From IMG/VR virus record IMGVR_UViG_3300008114_000013: a stretch of DNA of 64,000 nucleotides. The stretch is one strand, 5' to 3'. The position numbers were made by a program, and so were the translations under genes. This DNA is from a virus. The notes under the pieces were generated by a model. It was not told the origin of the DNA. It was given only the letters and a program-made list of their open reading frames with translations, and did not search any database. This document shows positions 27,886 to 36,683 of this stretch, in pieces. Every line of letters begins with the position of its first letter. Position 1 is the first letter of the stretch.

Positions 27886-30183
27886 TTATGCATTAATACT
27901 TGTTTGATAAAACTCTTGTCTTTTAAAAGTTTTATTTAGTAATTCATTATCTCCTAAACCGGAAACTATAAAATCCTCTACTATAAAGTTATGTTCACTT
28001 TCAAATAAAACATCACCATCTATTTCCAAATTATAAAAGTTATCTACATATTGAATACCAAGTTCAACACCTTTTGCTTCACAAATTGGTTTCCATTCTC
28101 CATTATCATAGAATGGATGTAATCTATCGGAAATCATTCCCTTATATTTTACAACTTCAACAACATCATTGGTAGGATGTGGTATTTTATCAGTTACAAC
28201 ACCTCTTACATATTCACCATTTTTATAACTCAAAACATAATCACCAATCTCAATGTCTACTATGTTTTTAAAACTACCATCTTCCATTTTTACTTTAGTA
28301 TCGGCAGTGAAACACGAAGGTGGACGTAGGTTATGAACTAACACATTATTTGCAAAATAATTGTGATATGTTTCAATTTCTGATAAGTTGTATACGATAG
28401 TAGATTCTTCTACTATATTTACATTAATCAATTTAACATCTCCATTATGTAACTTTACAACATCACCGATTTCTATTTTTTCTACTTCTATTTTTTTAAC
28501 AGGCTTAATTCCTTCAAATGAATCATCATTATATTGTTCTGGTTCACCTAAATAGTTAACCCATCCCTTATTGATGACGTAAATTGGATGGTCTAATGTT
28601 GCTTTTAAAATACTTCCATCTGAAAATTCATATTCAACAATCTTATCAATTTGTTTAGAAAAAGTATTTAAAACTTTACTAACTTTTGGTTCGTTATTTT
28701 TTAAATCAAATGAAACTACATAATCACCTACAACTACATCTTCGATATTTTTTGTAAGTCCATTTTCTAACAAAATTTGTGTACCTGCAACGAAGCAAGG
28801 TGCGTTATGAGAAACTACTGAATTGAATGCAGTAGAACCACTTATAATATAGGTATCGGTATCTTCAACATCTAATTCTATATAAGTTAAATTATTGTCG
28901 GTAGATACATAAAAATTTAATTCATCTATATCAATTAGATTACCATTGGCATCGTATAAATAATCTACTTCAGGATTTATATTATATATTTCTTTAAATG
29001 AACTTGCATTAGAGCTAGAATCAAAAATTAAAAACGATTTTGCTATTCCAGAGAAAAGAGAATCATCATCTACTTTTAATTCAAACATACTATTATATTT
29101 TAAGTTTTCATACTTTTTATAAATTACAATAGATGATGTTAAGTATGAACCAATTGGAAACTCATTTGTTGGAAAACTATAATTAGTATCCGTCTCCTCT
29201 TCAACAGAACGAGATATATAATAAGATTTTACATAATCACCCACAACAAACTCTGATATAGGTTTGTAAGTATTTTCATCAGTTAGTATTTGGTGAGTTG
29301 ATAGTATTCCTGCTGAATCATTTTTGAATAAGTTAGTTGTAAACTCATAGTAGTGATAATCGGCTATTTTATTTGTATATTGATTTTCAACTACTTCAGA
29401 ACTTAAATCGGTTGGTAAGTCAAATATTGAACTAATTTTATAAGTATGTAAATTTACTACTTCTAAATTAGAGCCATATACTATTCCAAAAAATCTATAA
29501 GATGTTATGTGGTTATTATCATCTACATTAGATGGGTGAAAATGATATTGCTCTATTAACTTATCTTCTGCTGCGTTTTCACTAATAAAGTTATTCCATC
29601 TATCTTCTGATGATTCGTTTTCAGTTTGAAAACCTATTTTAAAGAAATCAATTGGATTATGAATTTCATTCACATCCTTTATAGTTACATCTGGTATATT
29701 GTTTGGGTTTATCTCATTTGTAAGAGTGTTTTTTTCACCAAATGATGATGAATGATAATATGAAATAGAATAATCATTTATAGAATTATCCGTAAATAAA
29801 TTAAAAACATTTAATCTATTTTTACAGTATTCACTATCAAACAGAGCAGATTCATCATACGCTAATCTCAAAATAAATTTATTATCAGAATCCTCAACTT
29901 GTGTTGGGTATATTGTACCATTACTTTCTTTATGTAAATTTATAACGGTTGTATCTGATGATAGAGAAGATGTAAGTTGGTTTACAAATTTTTGATGAAT
30001 ATCTGGTTTATAGATAATATCTAATTCAGAGATACTATTATCTACAAGTATTTGGTTAAAATCAGAAAAATCAAAATTAACTAATTCCTGATTTATAAAT
30101 CCAGTATCAGTATTTAATTCTAATAATCTCAAATTACCAGTTGAGTCTTTTACAAAATCTGCGGAAAATAGTGTTCCTTTCAT
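27886..30183 (-). CDS. Circularly permuted ATP-grasp-like domain fused to three tandem Hint (intein-like/BIL) domains
   Basis: N-terminal DF...LLELNT, later IK, LIEQY and YR motifs; Hint1 G292..HN460; Hint2 C463(FVAGT)..TLDH..HN618; Hint3 C624(FTADT)..H..FIVSG. Confidence 0.8.
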   Translation of the reverse strand: MKGTLFSADFVKDSTGNLRLLELNTDTGFINQELVNFDFSDFNQILVDNSISELDIIYKPDIHQKFVNQLTSSLSSDTTVINLHKESNGTIYPTQVEDSDNKFILRLAYDESALFDSEYCKNRLNVFNLFTDNSINDYSISYYHSSSFGEKNTLTNEINPNNIPDVTIKDVNEIHNPIDFFKIGFQTENESSEDRWNNFISENAAEDKLIEQYHFHPSNVDDNNHITSYRFFGIVYGSNLEVVNLHTYKISSIFDLPTDLSSEVVENQYTNKIADYHYYEFTTNLFKNDSAGILSTHQILTDENTYKPISEFVVGDYVKSYYISRSVEEETDTNYSFPTNEFPIGSYLTSSIVIYKKYENLKYNSMFELKVDDDSLFSGIAKSFLIFDSSSNASSFKEIYNINPEVDYLYDANGNLIDIDELNFYVSTDNNLTYIELDVEDTDTYIISGSTAFNSVVSHNAPCFVAGTQILLENGLTKNIEDVVVGDYVVSFDLKNNEPKVSKVLNTFSKQIDKIVEYEFSDGSILKATLDHPIYVINKGWVNYLGEPEQYNDDSFEGIKPVKKIEVEKIEIGDVVKLHNGDVKLINVNIVEESTIVYNLSEIETYHNYFANNVLVHNLRPPSCFTADTKVKMEDGSFKNIVDIEIGDYVLSYKNGEYVRGVVTDKIPHPTNDVVEVVKYKGMISDRLHPFYDNGEWKPICEAKGVELGIQYVDNFYNLEIDGDVLFESEHNFIVEDFIVSGLGDNELLNKTFKRQEFYQTSINA

Positions 30184-30226
30184 AATGCTTTTTTTATATG
30201 TGTATTCTTATATAAATATGATTGTT

Positions 30227-30817
30227 TTAAATTAAACTTCTTTTTGATTTAACATCAATTACATTTCGTAATCTATTTCTATTATCTAAAAGAGAATGAG
30301 AATTTATTTTTTGAATCCCCAAATAATGAGTTAACCTATTAATATCCTCATTACCTTGATATATGTTCTCATATGATACCATTAATTCAATTTGGGGTAT
30401 ATTAGATATTATCTCTTTATATTTCTGCAATCTAGATTCCTCCTCTTTGATTTCTTTTTCATTTTCTATTAACCATTGATTAGATATTTCATAGCATTCT
30501 CTCCAAGTAATAGAATTTGAAGATAGTGCCCAATAATGTGATATTGCACACTCTTGTATATCGTTTCGTATTAACCCAATGACCTTATCCCAATTACTCC
30601 AATTGAATGTATCTAATTCATTTTCTATTTCACTAATCAAATACTTTACTACTATATTGTTTTTATTTTTTTCCAATAACCTGATTTTATAGATACTCAA
30701 CATATCAAAATTATCTTTTGTTGGTTCATGAATAGTTTGATATTTTTTTTCTGAACCTATCCAATTAAGTAAAGAATACCCACCACTTCTACCCATCGCG
30801 ATTATTAGTATTCTCAT
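30227..30817 (-). CDS. Sulfotransferase-like P-loop protein
   Basis: AMGRSGG..L, HEP, LIR...AIS and SYE motifs. Confidence 0.65.
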   Translation of the reverse strand: MRILIIAMGRSGGYSLLNWIGSEKKYQTIHEPTKDNFDMLSIYKIRLLEKNKNNIVVKYLISEIENELDTFNWSNWDKVIGLIRNDIQECAISHYWALSSNSITWRECYEISNQWLIENEKEIKEEESRLQKYKEIISNIPQIELMVSYENIYQGNEDINRLTHYLGIQKINSHSLLDNRNRLRNVIDVKSKRSLI

Positions 30818-30833
30818 ATTTACAAAATTGAAA

Positions 30834-31334
30834 TTAAATAACTGAATGTAGTATTAACTCATGTAATCCTTCAACGATTCCGTAATCTTTACTATCTACC
30901 CAAAAATGTAATTTTGAATGGCTTCCAAAGTTAGATTTCAATTTATTCTTTTCAGAATGACCCGACATTGTAATCATATCAATGGAATTATCTACACAAT
31001 ACTTCGCACAATTCAATATGTTTTTTGAATTACCAGATGATGATATTAGTATTACCAATGTATCTCCTTCTACAAAATGTTCTAAAAACATCTGATATGC
31101 ATTATCCCAACCGTAATCATTCGCATAACAACTCATTCTAGGTGTATCACCAAATGTAATTGTTTTAATTCCCAACATTTTATGGTAATCTTCGGCTATG
31201 TGTAACGCAACCGCATTACTTCCACCATTACCCAATATAATGATATTACTATGATGGCGTATTAAGTTATTTAATGTTGCTAATTTACCTGTCTCTATTT
31301 CAGCTAAACATTTTTTATATTCTTGTAAATTCAT
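30834..31334 (-). CDS. SIS-domain sugar-phosphate isomerase (GmhA-like)
   Basis: GNGGS, ANDYG, ISSSGNS and VEGLH motifs. Confidence 0.85.
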   Translation of the reverse strand: MNLQEYKKCLAEIETGKLATLNNLIRHHSNIIILGNGGSNAVALHIAEDYHKMLGIKTITFGDTPRMSCYANDYGWDNAYQMFLEHFVEGDTLVILISSSGNSKNILNCAKYCVDNSIDMITMSGHSEKNKLKSNFGSHSKLHFWVDSKDYGIVEGLHELILHSVI

Positions 31335-31341
31335 ATATTCT

Positions 31342-31578
31342 TTATAAATTTTCTACACTATTCCATTTTTTTAAATCACAACTACCCATAACAGGTGTGA
31401 ATATCTTTTTACCTAATGGGCATCCACACTCACCGCATATCTCTGTAAATACTACGGAAGGAGTTCTTGATGGACAAGTTTGACAAATAGTGTATCGTTT
31501 TCCGGCTAATGTAGTTTGTTCGGGAGTTGGATTTGCCGCTCTTCTCCAACTTAAAAATATCTCTGATGCTTTATTCAT
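31342..31578 (-). CDS. Small Cys-rich metal-binding protein
   Basis: RYTICQTC...CGECGC...C...KW pattern. Confidence 0.7.
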   Translation of the reverse strand: MNKASEIFLSWRRAANPTPEQTTLAGKRYTICQTCPSRTPSVVFTEICGECGCPLGKKIFTPVMGSCDLKKWNSVENL

Positions 31579-31877
31579 AAAGATTTCACTATATCATTGA
31601 TTCGTTTACATTGCTCAAAGAGTTCAAAATCTATCATTCTCTGATGTATCCAATCTAATATCGAACTATACTCCTCCTTCTTAACAGTAACGTATGCAGG
31701 TACTCCTTCAAATCTAAATATAACTAACTCTTTAGTTCCTTTGATTTTTTTGAAAATTTCGATTAAATCAATAATCTTAACCATCTGCTCCGCCGTCATT
31801 TCTATTTTACAAATATAATCTTTCCAATCTAATTGGATATAACTTTTTTCTAAACTAGATAAAACCTTGGCGTTCAT
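31575..31877 (-). CDS. Hypothetical protein with a UvrB/C-like C-terminal motif
   Basis: ELFEQCKRI motif; the same type of motif occurs in 47931-48230. Confidence 0.55.
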   Translation of the reverse strand: MNAKVLSSLEKSYIQLDWKDYICKIEMTAEQMVKIIDLIEIFKKIKGTKELVIFRFEGVPAYVTVKKEEYSSILDWIHQRMIDFELFEQCKRINDIVKSL

Positions 31878-31949
31878 ACAGATGTAAATGATTAGAGTAT
31901 AACAATATACTAATAATTATTAAATTTTCCAAAATAATCGATGAAATAC

Positions 31950-31980
31950 TTGTTTTTTATTTCGGAATTTCGTACATTGT
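31950..31980 (+). promoter_or_regulatory. Bacteroidota-type early promoter
   Basis: TTG-N20-TACATTGT followed by a GTAATAAAG leader. Confidence 0.6.
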
Positions 31981-32002
31981 GATTGTAATAAAGATACCCT
32001 AT

Positions 32003-32149
32003 ATGAAAAACGAAACAGATATTCTAATAAAAATATCAGAGTTAGAACTTGCACTCTCAAAAGAGATGAAACTCGATATCTTACACGATATTAATATATT
32101 AAAAATACAAACTCAAATCGATACTCTTAATTGGGTATTAGAAAAATAA
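32003..32149 (+). CDS. Small hypothetical protein (48 aa)
   Basis: Read manually: MKNETDILIKISELE...LNWVLEK. Confidence 0.55.
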   Translation: MKNETDILIKISELELALSKEMKLDILHDINILKIQTQIDTLNWVLEK

Positions 32150-32161
32150 TTACGAAAGTAC

Positions 32162-32192
32162 TTGGAATTGCGAAAAGTTTTTCGTAGATTAG
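32162..32192 (+). promoter_or_regulatory. Bacteroidota-type early promoter
   Basis: TTG-N20-TAGATTAG; near-identical copy at 33084-33114. Confidence 0.75.
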
Positions 32193-32230
32193 TAGAGTAA
32201 TAAGAAATGAACCTTTAACCCCCCTTAATT

Positions 32231-32560
32231 ATGAATTACCTTATTGACCCCCAAAGTTTAGTGTTCAACTCTCATAGAGTTAGTGGTTTCACCAAAATGG
32301 TTGGTGATGAGCATATCCCACAATGGGATTTGTTGGAAGTAGCAACCGAAGTTGCTGAAGAATGGACAGATGATTGGCCTGAAGACCAAGGATTTGGTTC
32401 ATCTGATGGAACTTATATGATGAAAGATTTCATCGATAATGTGATTTGGAGATATGCTAGTGGTAGATTGATGACCAAATTTACTCCATCACTTTCGATA
32501 GTGGAGTATTCGGAAGCCGAATATCACAATAGAGTTCAACGAATGGAAAGCGGACTATAA
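32231..32560 (+). CDS. Hypothetical early protein
   Basis: 109 aa, downstream of promoter and C-rich leader. Confidence 0.75.
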   Translation: MNYLIDPQSLVFNSHRVSGFTKMVGDEHIPQWDLLEVATEVAEEWTDDWPEDQGFGSSDGTYMMKDFIDNVIWRYASGRLMTKFTPSLSIVEYSEAEYHNRVQRMESGL

Positions 32561-32561
32561 T

Positions 32562-32822
32562 ATGAGAAAGACAGAATTCTTTAAAAACTATGGTGGAGCA
32601 TTAGTTGCTATAACCGCCGATGATGCAGAGTATGGTGATTTCCTACTACTTCATCCAGAAGAAATAGAAATGGCAAAAGTATATGAAAGTTTAGGTTGTA
32701 CTATCGTATCCGTACATGAAATGGAAGATGGTGATGATGATATTGATATGAATCAGCCCTGTGATTATGGTAACCAACCATTTAAAATTGGATACTTTGC
32801 ATTAGATAACCCAAACTTTTAA
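32562..32822 (+). CDS. Hypothetical acidic early protein
   Basis: 86-aa ORF in the + strand island. Confidence 0.7.
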   Translation: MRKTEFFKNYGGALVAITADDAEYGDFLLLHPEEIEMAKVYESLGCTIVSVHEMEDGDDDIDMNQPCDYGNQPFKIGYFALDNPNF

Positions 32823-32844
32823 TTAACCAAATCCCCTAAATTAT

Positions 32845-33060
32845 ATGTATAATTACAGAACTCTCTCTAAATCCCAACTTATCGAATTGGTAAACGGAAT
32901 TGAATCCACTCTTTCGAATTCAATCTACACTGCGGAAAAAGAAGCAAAAGAGTATTCCACCGAACTACCATCCCAACTGGCATTTGAAGTTGGGTATTTC
33001 AAAGGGTATGTTAAAACCGTACTATCTCTAATTGAAGAATACAAAAATTGTTCAAAATAA
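32845..33060 (+). CDS. Hypothetical early protein
   Basis: 71 aa; LAFEVGY motif; C-rich leader. Confidence 0.7.
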   Translation: MYNYRTLSKSQLIELVNGIESTLSNSIYTAEKEAKEYSTELPSQLAFEVGYFKGYVKTVLSLIEEYKNCSK

Positions 33061-33083
33061 TTTTAAAATATTTTCACAAACCC

Positions 33084-33114
33084 TTGGAATTACGAAAAGT
33101 TTTTCGTACATTTA
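33084..33114 (+). promoter_or_regulatory. Bacteroidota-type early promoter
   Basis: TTG-N20-TACATTTA followed by GTAATAAGAG. Confidence 0.75.
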
Positions 33115-33152
33115 TAAAGTAATAAGAGATAACCCCTAAAACCCCTAACAAA

Positions 33153-33683
33153 ATGAGTAAGAAAATCAAAATCCAAATCAGTAACCAAACTTTCGAACTT
33201 CCTTCCAACGCATTGTGGTTCGATAAGTGGAAGAACGAACCATACATCAATATGAATGCGAAGAACACCGCATCTCTTATCAAACAATTTGTGAAGAAAA
33301 ACTTCCCTAATATAAAAGTGTGGTCAACCTCTGATGTATATAGTGGAGGTTCTTCGGTAAGAGTGAATGTTTCCAACTCCGATGGTTCATCCGTATCGGA
33401 AAAAATTTACAAAGAAATCAAAGGATTTTCAGATTCCTTTAAAGCTGGATACTTCGATGGTATGAGTGATTGTTATGAGTACTACGATGAGAAATTAAAA
33501 ACAGATAATGGTACTTCCTTAAAATCCTTCCCCTCTTATATCTTCGTAGAGAATAAGGCAACTTGGGGTTCGGTAGAGTACTGGGTAAATGAAATTAAGA
33601 ACGAGGGTAGAACCTTGGAACAAGAAATTACTTATATGAAAGCTGGTATGAAAGATAAAGTAGTAGCAGCACTTTCTATGTAA
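33153..33683 (+). CDS. LPD29-like (large polyvalent protein domain) early protein
   Basis: TASLIKQFVKKNFP...YSGGSSVRV...FDGMSD pattern. Confidence 0.6.
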   Translation: MSKKIKIQISNQTFELPSNALWFDKWKNEPYINMNAKNTASLIKQFVKKNFPNIKVWSTSDVYSGGSSVRVNVSNSDGSSVSEKIYKEIKGFSDSFKAGYFDGMSDCYEYYDEKLKTDNGTSLKSFPSYIFVENKATWGSVEYWVNEIKNEGRTLEQEITYMKAGMKDKVVAALSM

Positions 33684-33759
33684 TAAATAACGATTAAAAC
33701 GGTGTAAGACTTCATAGGTAATGAAAGATACTCGAGCAACCGTATAGTTATTTTTTCAA

Positions 33760-33796
33760 TCGGCGGGGGTTGGGGGGCCTCCGTCGAACTTTTTTT
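33760..33796 (+). terminator. Rho-independent terminator ending the + strand island
   Basis: TCGGCGGGGGT/GCCTCCGTCGA stem plus T-run. Confidence 0.8.
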
Positions 33797-33827
33797 AAGA
33801 AAAATTTTTTATATCCCAATTGATAGT

Positions 33828-34463
33828 TTATAACAATTTCACTTTGTTATTTACAACATACTCATAATACTCCCTATCTCCCCTCATTAAGGTAAGCATC
33901 CTCTCCCATTGAATTGGATATTCACTCTTTACCATTTCTACAATCCACTCTTTCGATTTCCAATCTTCAATGTGATGGAAACTATATTCATCTTTAATAT
34001 ACTCTATATCCCATCCCAATTTAGCTAGGAACTCCGTAGTTTCCGTAATTTGTAGAATCTTAAACCGTTTGATATTATGGTTCTTATATAGAAAGTGTAT
34101 TTTTTTAAAAAATGAACCACTCCAATGAGTAGTACCAGTAGGTGAAGCAAATTCATCCACTATTGAACTCACCTTTTCCGTATCCGAGTAGCAACTAACC
34201 AATTCCGTATGCAATGCACTTTGTAACCATTCATACGGGTCTCTCACCACTAACCATTCTACACCCTTCCACAAATCGTAATCCTCAATTCGGGATGGTG
34301 TTCCTTCTACCGTTTGTGTAATATCCGATTGTTGGGGTAAACACGATACAATCCGTTCCATGTACCCGACTTGCCGTTCGGCCGATTTCACACATTTAGA
34401 AAAATAACGAGTTCCACATTTTGCGGGTACGGCGATATTCCTATTGAATATCTCTATTACCAT
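33828..34463 (-). CDS. Sulfotransferase-2-family-like protein
   Basis: PAKCGTR and VRDPYEWLQS motifs. Confidence 0.55.
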   Translation of the reverse strand: MVIEIFNRNIAVPAKCGTRYFSKCVKSAERQVGYMERIVSCLPQQSDITQTVEGTPSRIEDYDLWKGVEWLVVRDPYEWLQSALHTELVSCYSDTEKVSSIVDEFASPTGTTHWSGSFFKKIHFLYKNHNIKRFKILQITETTEFLAKLGWDIEYIKDEYSFHHIEDWKSKEWIVEMVKSEYPIQWERMLTLMRGDREYYEYVVNNKVKLL

Positions 34464-34582
34464 CTCTTATCCCTTCGAAGTAGCCAGATGGGAAAGTATA
34501 TCAACCCAGTCACGATAACTGCTCCTACCCCCAAAAGAATGAGTGTAGAGACCAATGCGAATTTAACCCAGCTTACCATCAT
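34457..34582 (-). CDS. Small single-TM protein (41 aa)
   Basis: Read manually: MMVSWVKFALVSTLILLGVGAVIVTGLIYFPIWLLRRDKRW; overlaps both neighbours by a few bases. Confidence 0.5.
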   Translation of the reverse strand: MMVSWVKFALVSTLILLGVGAVIVTGLIYFPIWLLRRDKRW

Positions 34583-35535
34583 CTCCTGCTCATACTTTCA
34601 GTTATTCTTCGATTCCTTTCTACATCTCCTATCACCCCATTTAAATCCGCTACCACTTCCGTTACGGCTAGAGATGCACTCATAGGTGTAATGGTTTCCG
34701 TTACGGTAGTTGAATTCGGTGTTTCCACCACACTAACCGTTTCGGTTTCTTTTCTCACCGATTGTCGTGGTGCAGATTCTTGAGTATCCTCTGTAGATGC
34801 TACCCGATTTTGTATCTGAATCTTACCCTTATTGATTGGTGGTACTCCGTTATAGAATGTATCCTTAATACTATTGAAATCCTTTCTTAACTCTGTTAAC
34901 CTCTCACCTAATGACCCCAAAAATTCTTTGAGTTTGGCAGTATCCAATTTGCCATCCTCCTGCGCAGTGGTTACGTTTAGTGCCTGGATAGAGTATAGAG
35001 TATCATCCCCCAAATTCATATCCCATAGAGAATAAGAATCTCCTGGCCGTTGAGCACCTTCCTTTAAAGTGTAGTTCAATTGGTTAATCAAACCTTTGGG
35101 AATTCCCATCTCCATCTCCGTTTCGTAAATGTATTCCACAGATTCAACCCCTGCGTTTAAGATTTTTTGGTCTTGCTCATCTCCACTCTTCACTAACTTC
35201 GATACATCTATCTTTATGATTGGAATGGAACTCCCTATGGGTTTGTTTTTAATCGTGCCGTTTTGTTGGTAATCCCAATGAGGGTTAGAGGATAATCCGA
35301 TTCCTACATTGGTTGCTGGTGAAATCAAGTACTTATCATCAATCTGAATCACAATCCCATCAACTTCTAATACTGTATAAATCGATGAGTTGGGGATTGC
35401 CGTTCCTTCGGTTATAGTTATGGGAACAATCTCTCCGTTTACATTACCGTTGGGTGAATCCGAAACAGAGGAAACCAACCAACCATCGTTAGTACGAATA
35501 TATCTGTCTGGGTTTTGTACTGGTCTTACTTCCAT
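34579..35535 (-). CDS. Hypothetical protein
   Basis: 318-aa ORF. Confidence 0.65.
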   Translation of the reverse strand: MEVRPVQNPDRYIRTNDGWLVSSVSDSPNGNVNGEIVPITITEGTAIPNSSIYTVLEVDGIVIQIDDKYLISPATNVGIGLSSNPHWDYQQNGTIKNKPIGSSIPIIKIDVSKLVKSGDEQDQKILNAGVESVEYIYETEMEMGIPKGLINQLNYTLKEGAQRPGDSYSLWDMNLGDDTLYSIQALNVTTAQEDGKLDTAKLKEFLGSLGERLTELRKDFNSIKDTFYNGVPPINKGKIQIQNRVASTEDTQESAPRQSVRKETETVSVVETPNSTTVTETITPMSASLAVTEVVADLNGVIGDVERNRRITESMSRR

Positions 35536-35848
35536 TTTCTTTCTTTGATTTTTTTAAGGAGTTGATGGTTTTCATCGCCTCTCTATATATAGTTAGTTCG
35601 GATATTTTCCTTTTACCCTTACTTCGTTTGATACGGTATAGTTCCCTTTGGAGGGTTTTGTATTCCCCGATTTCAATACATTCGGTTATGATTTTGTTAA
35701 TCATCAAGTCGGAACTCATTCTTTTGTAGGTGGATTTATCAACCTCGCTTTTCGAATCCGTTAGAGGGGAAAACCTTACTGCGTTTGCAATACCTACGGA
35801 TACTCCGAAATCGTTTGCCGTCTTTAAGTATACTTCCGTTTTTAACAT
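35489..35848 (-). CDS. Basic hypothetical protein
   Basis: 119-aa ORF. Confidence 0.55.
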   Translation of the reverse strand: MLKTEVYLKTANDFGVSVGIANAVRFSPLTDSKSEVDKSTYKRMSSDLMINKIITECIEIGEYKTLQRELYRIKRSKGKRKISELTIYREAMKTINSLKKSKKENGSKTSTKPRQIYSY

Positions 35849-35861
35849 GCTTCGTTTTTGA

Positions 35862-36020
35862 TTAGTTAATATCTACCTTTCTTTTCGTTAAGTAAAATGC
35901 TCGTGCTTGTCTTGCGAAGTGTGCGTTACCACATCTCGTTAGGTAATCCTCATCTGATTCTCCATCGATTCTAGCACAGGCTCTCTCAAACACTTTAATC
36001 AATAATTCCTTTAGTTTCAT
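35862..36020 (-). CDS. Small late protein (52 aa)
   Basis: Read manually: MKLKELLIKVFERACARIDGESDEDYLTRC...; TATATATT motif just upstream. Confidence 0.55.
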   Translation of the reverse strand: MKLKELLIKVFERACARIDGESDEDYLTRCGNAHFARQARAFYLTKRKVDIN

Positions 36021-36312
36021 ACTAATATATATCGAATTAGGTAAAAAGAAATCGGTTCATATAGGGGTTAATGTGTCAACATTAGTGTCAAAAAAGGGTT
36101 CCCACCACAAAAAAAGTCCCCCCGGTATTTAAACGAGTCCGACTGGGTCTTGGAGGGTTCCGCTTTTCCTAGCTACATGAAACTCGTCAAACCCCTATTC
36201 GGATAACCGTATATTCGGATAGGCAAATATGCGAGTGTGTAGACGTGAAAAAACCTGCAGAGTTTCCTCCACAGGTTGTACGAATCTACTAGCTTTGAAT
36301 GAGTTTTGTATG

Positions 36313-36504
36313 TTAAGCGAATGCCTCTTTGAGTATCCTCATTGCGGTTCGAATTTCGTTTAACCTCTCACTAGCAGCGTACTTTGGTTTACCATCTCTC
36401 ATAACTCTAATCCTATTCACTAGGACAGATTCAGCTGACTCTAATACTACGAGGGCTTCATGCCTACGAGTTTCCACTTCTTGTACTTCTATAAAATTGC
36501 TCAT
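36313..36504 (-). CDS. Hypothetical protein
   Basis: ORF track 36313-36537; the internal ATG (MSNFIEV) is the more plausible start. Confidence 0.55.
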   Translation of the reverse strand: MSNFIEVQEVETRRHEALVVLESAESVLVNRIRVMRDGKPKYAASERLNEIRTAMRILKEAFA

Positions 36505-36542
36505 AATTATGTATATTATATTTTGTATGTTTTTCAAAAATA

Positions 36543-36572
36543 AAAAGGTGGGGGCCAGAAACCTCCACCTTT
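36543..36572 (-). terminator. Terminator-like hairpin
   Basis: AAAGGTGG(G/A)GG...CC(T/C)CCACCTTT with A/T runs. Confidence 0.6.
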
Positions 36573-36640
36573 ATAGGCCTAGCTCATAGAGTAATAAGAA
36601 TAGAGTATAAATCGAGAATAACCGTTTATATGAGCTAACC

Positions 36641-36681
36641 TTGAGCAGAGTGGGGAGTCGAACCCCAACTTACCTCTCTCC
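36641..36681 (-). ncRNA. tRNA-like minihelix (T-arm plus acceptor-like stem)
   Basis: GGAGAGAGGTAAGT-TGGGG-TTCGACT-CCCCA-CTCTGCTCAA; canonical T-loop, no D or anticodon arm. Confidence 0.45.
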
Positions 36682-36683
36682 AC

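Noticed and set aside
28312-28809. Hint2 as an ordinary mobile intein
   Set aside because: There is no endonuclease domain, the +1 residue is Leu, and the flanks are 2- and 5-aa linkers to further Hint domains rather than a split host protein.
36070-36092. GTGTCAA direct repeat (12-bp spacing) as an operator
   Set aside because: There are only two short copies, which could be chance.
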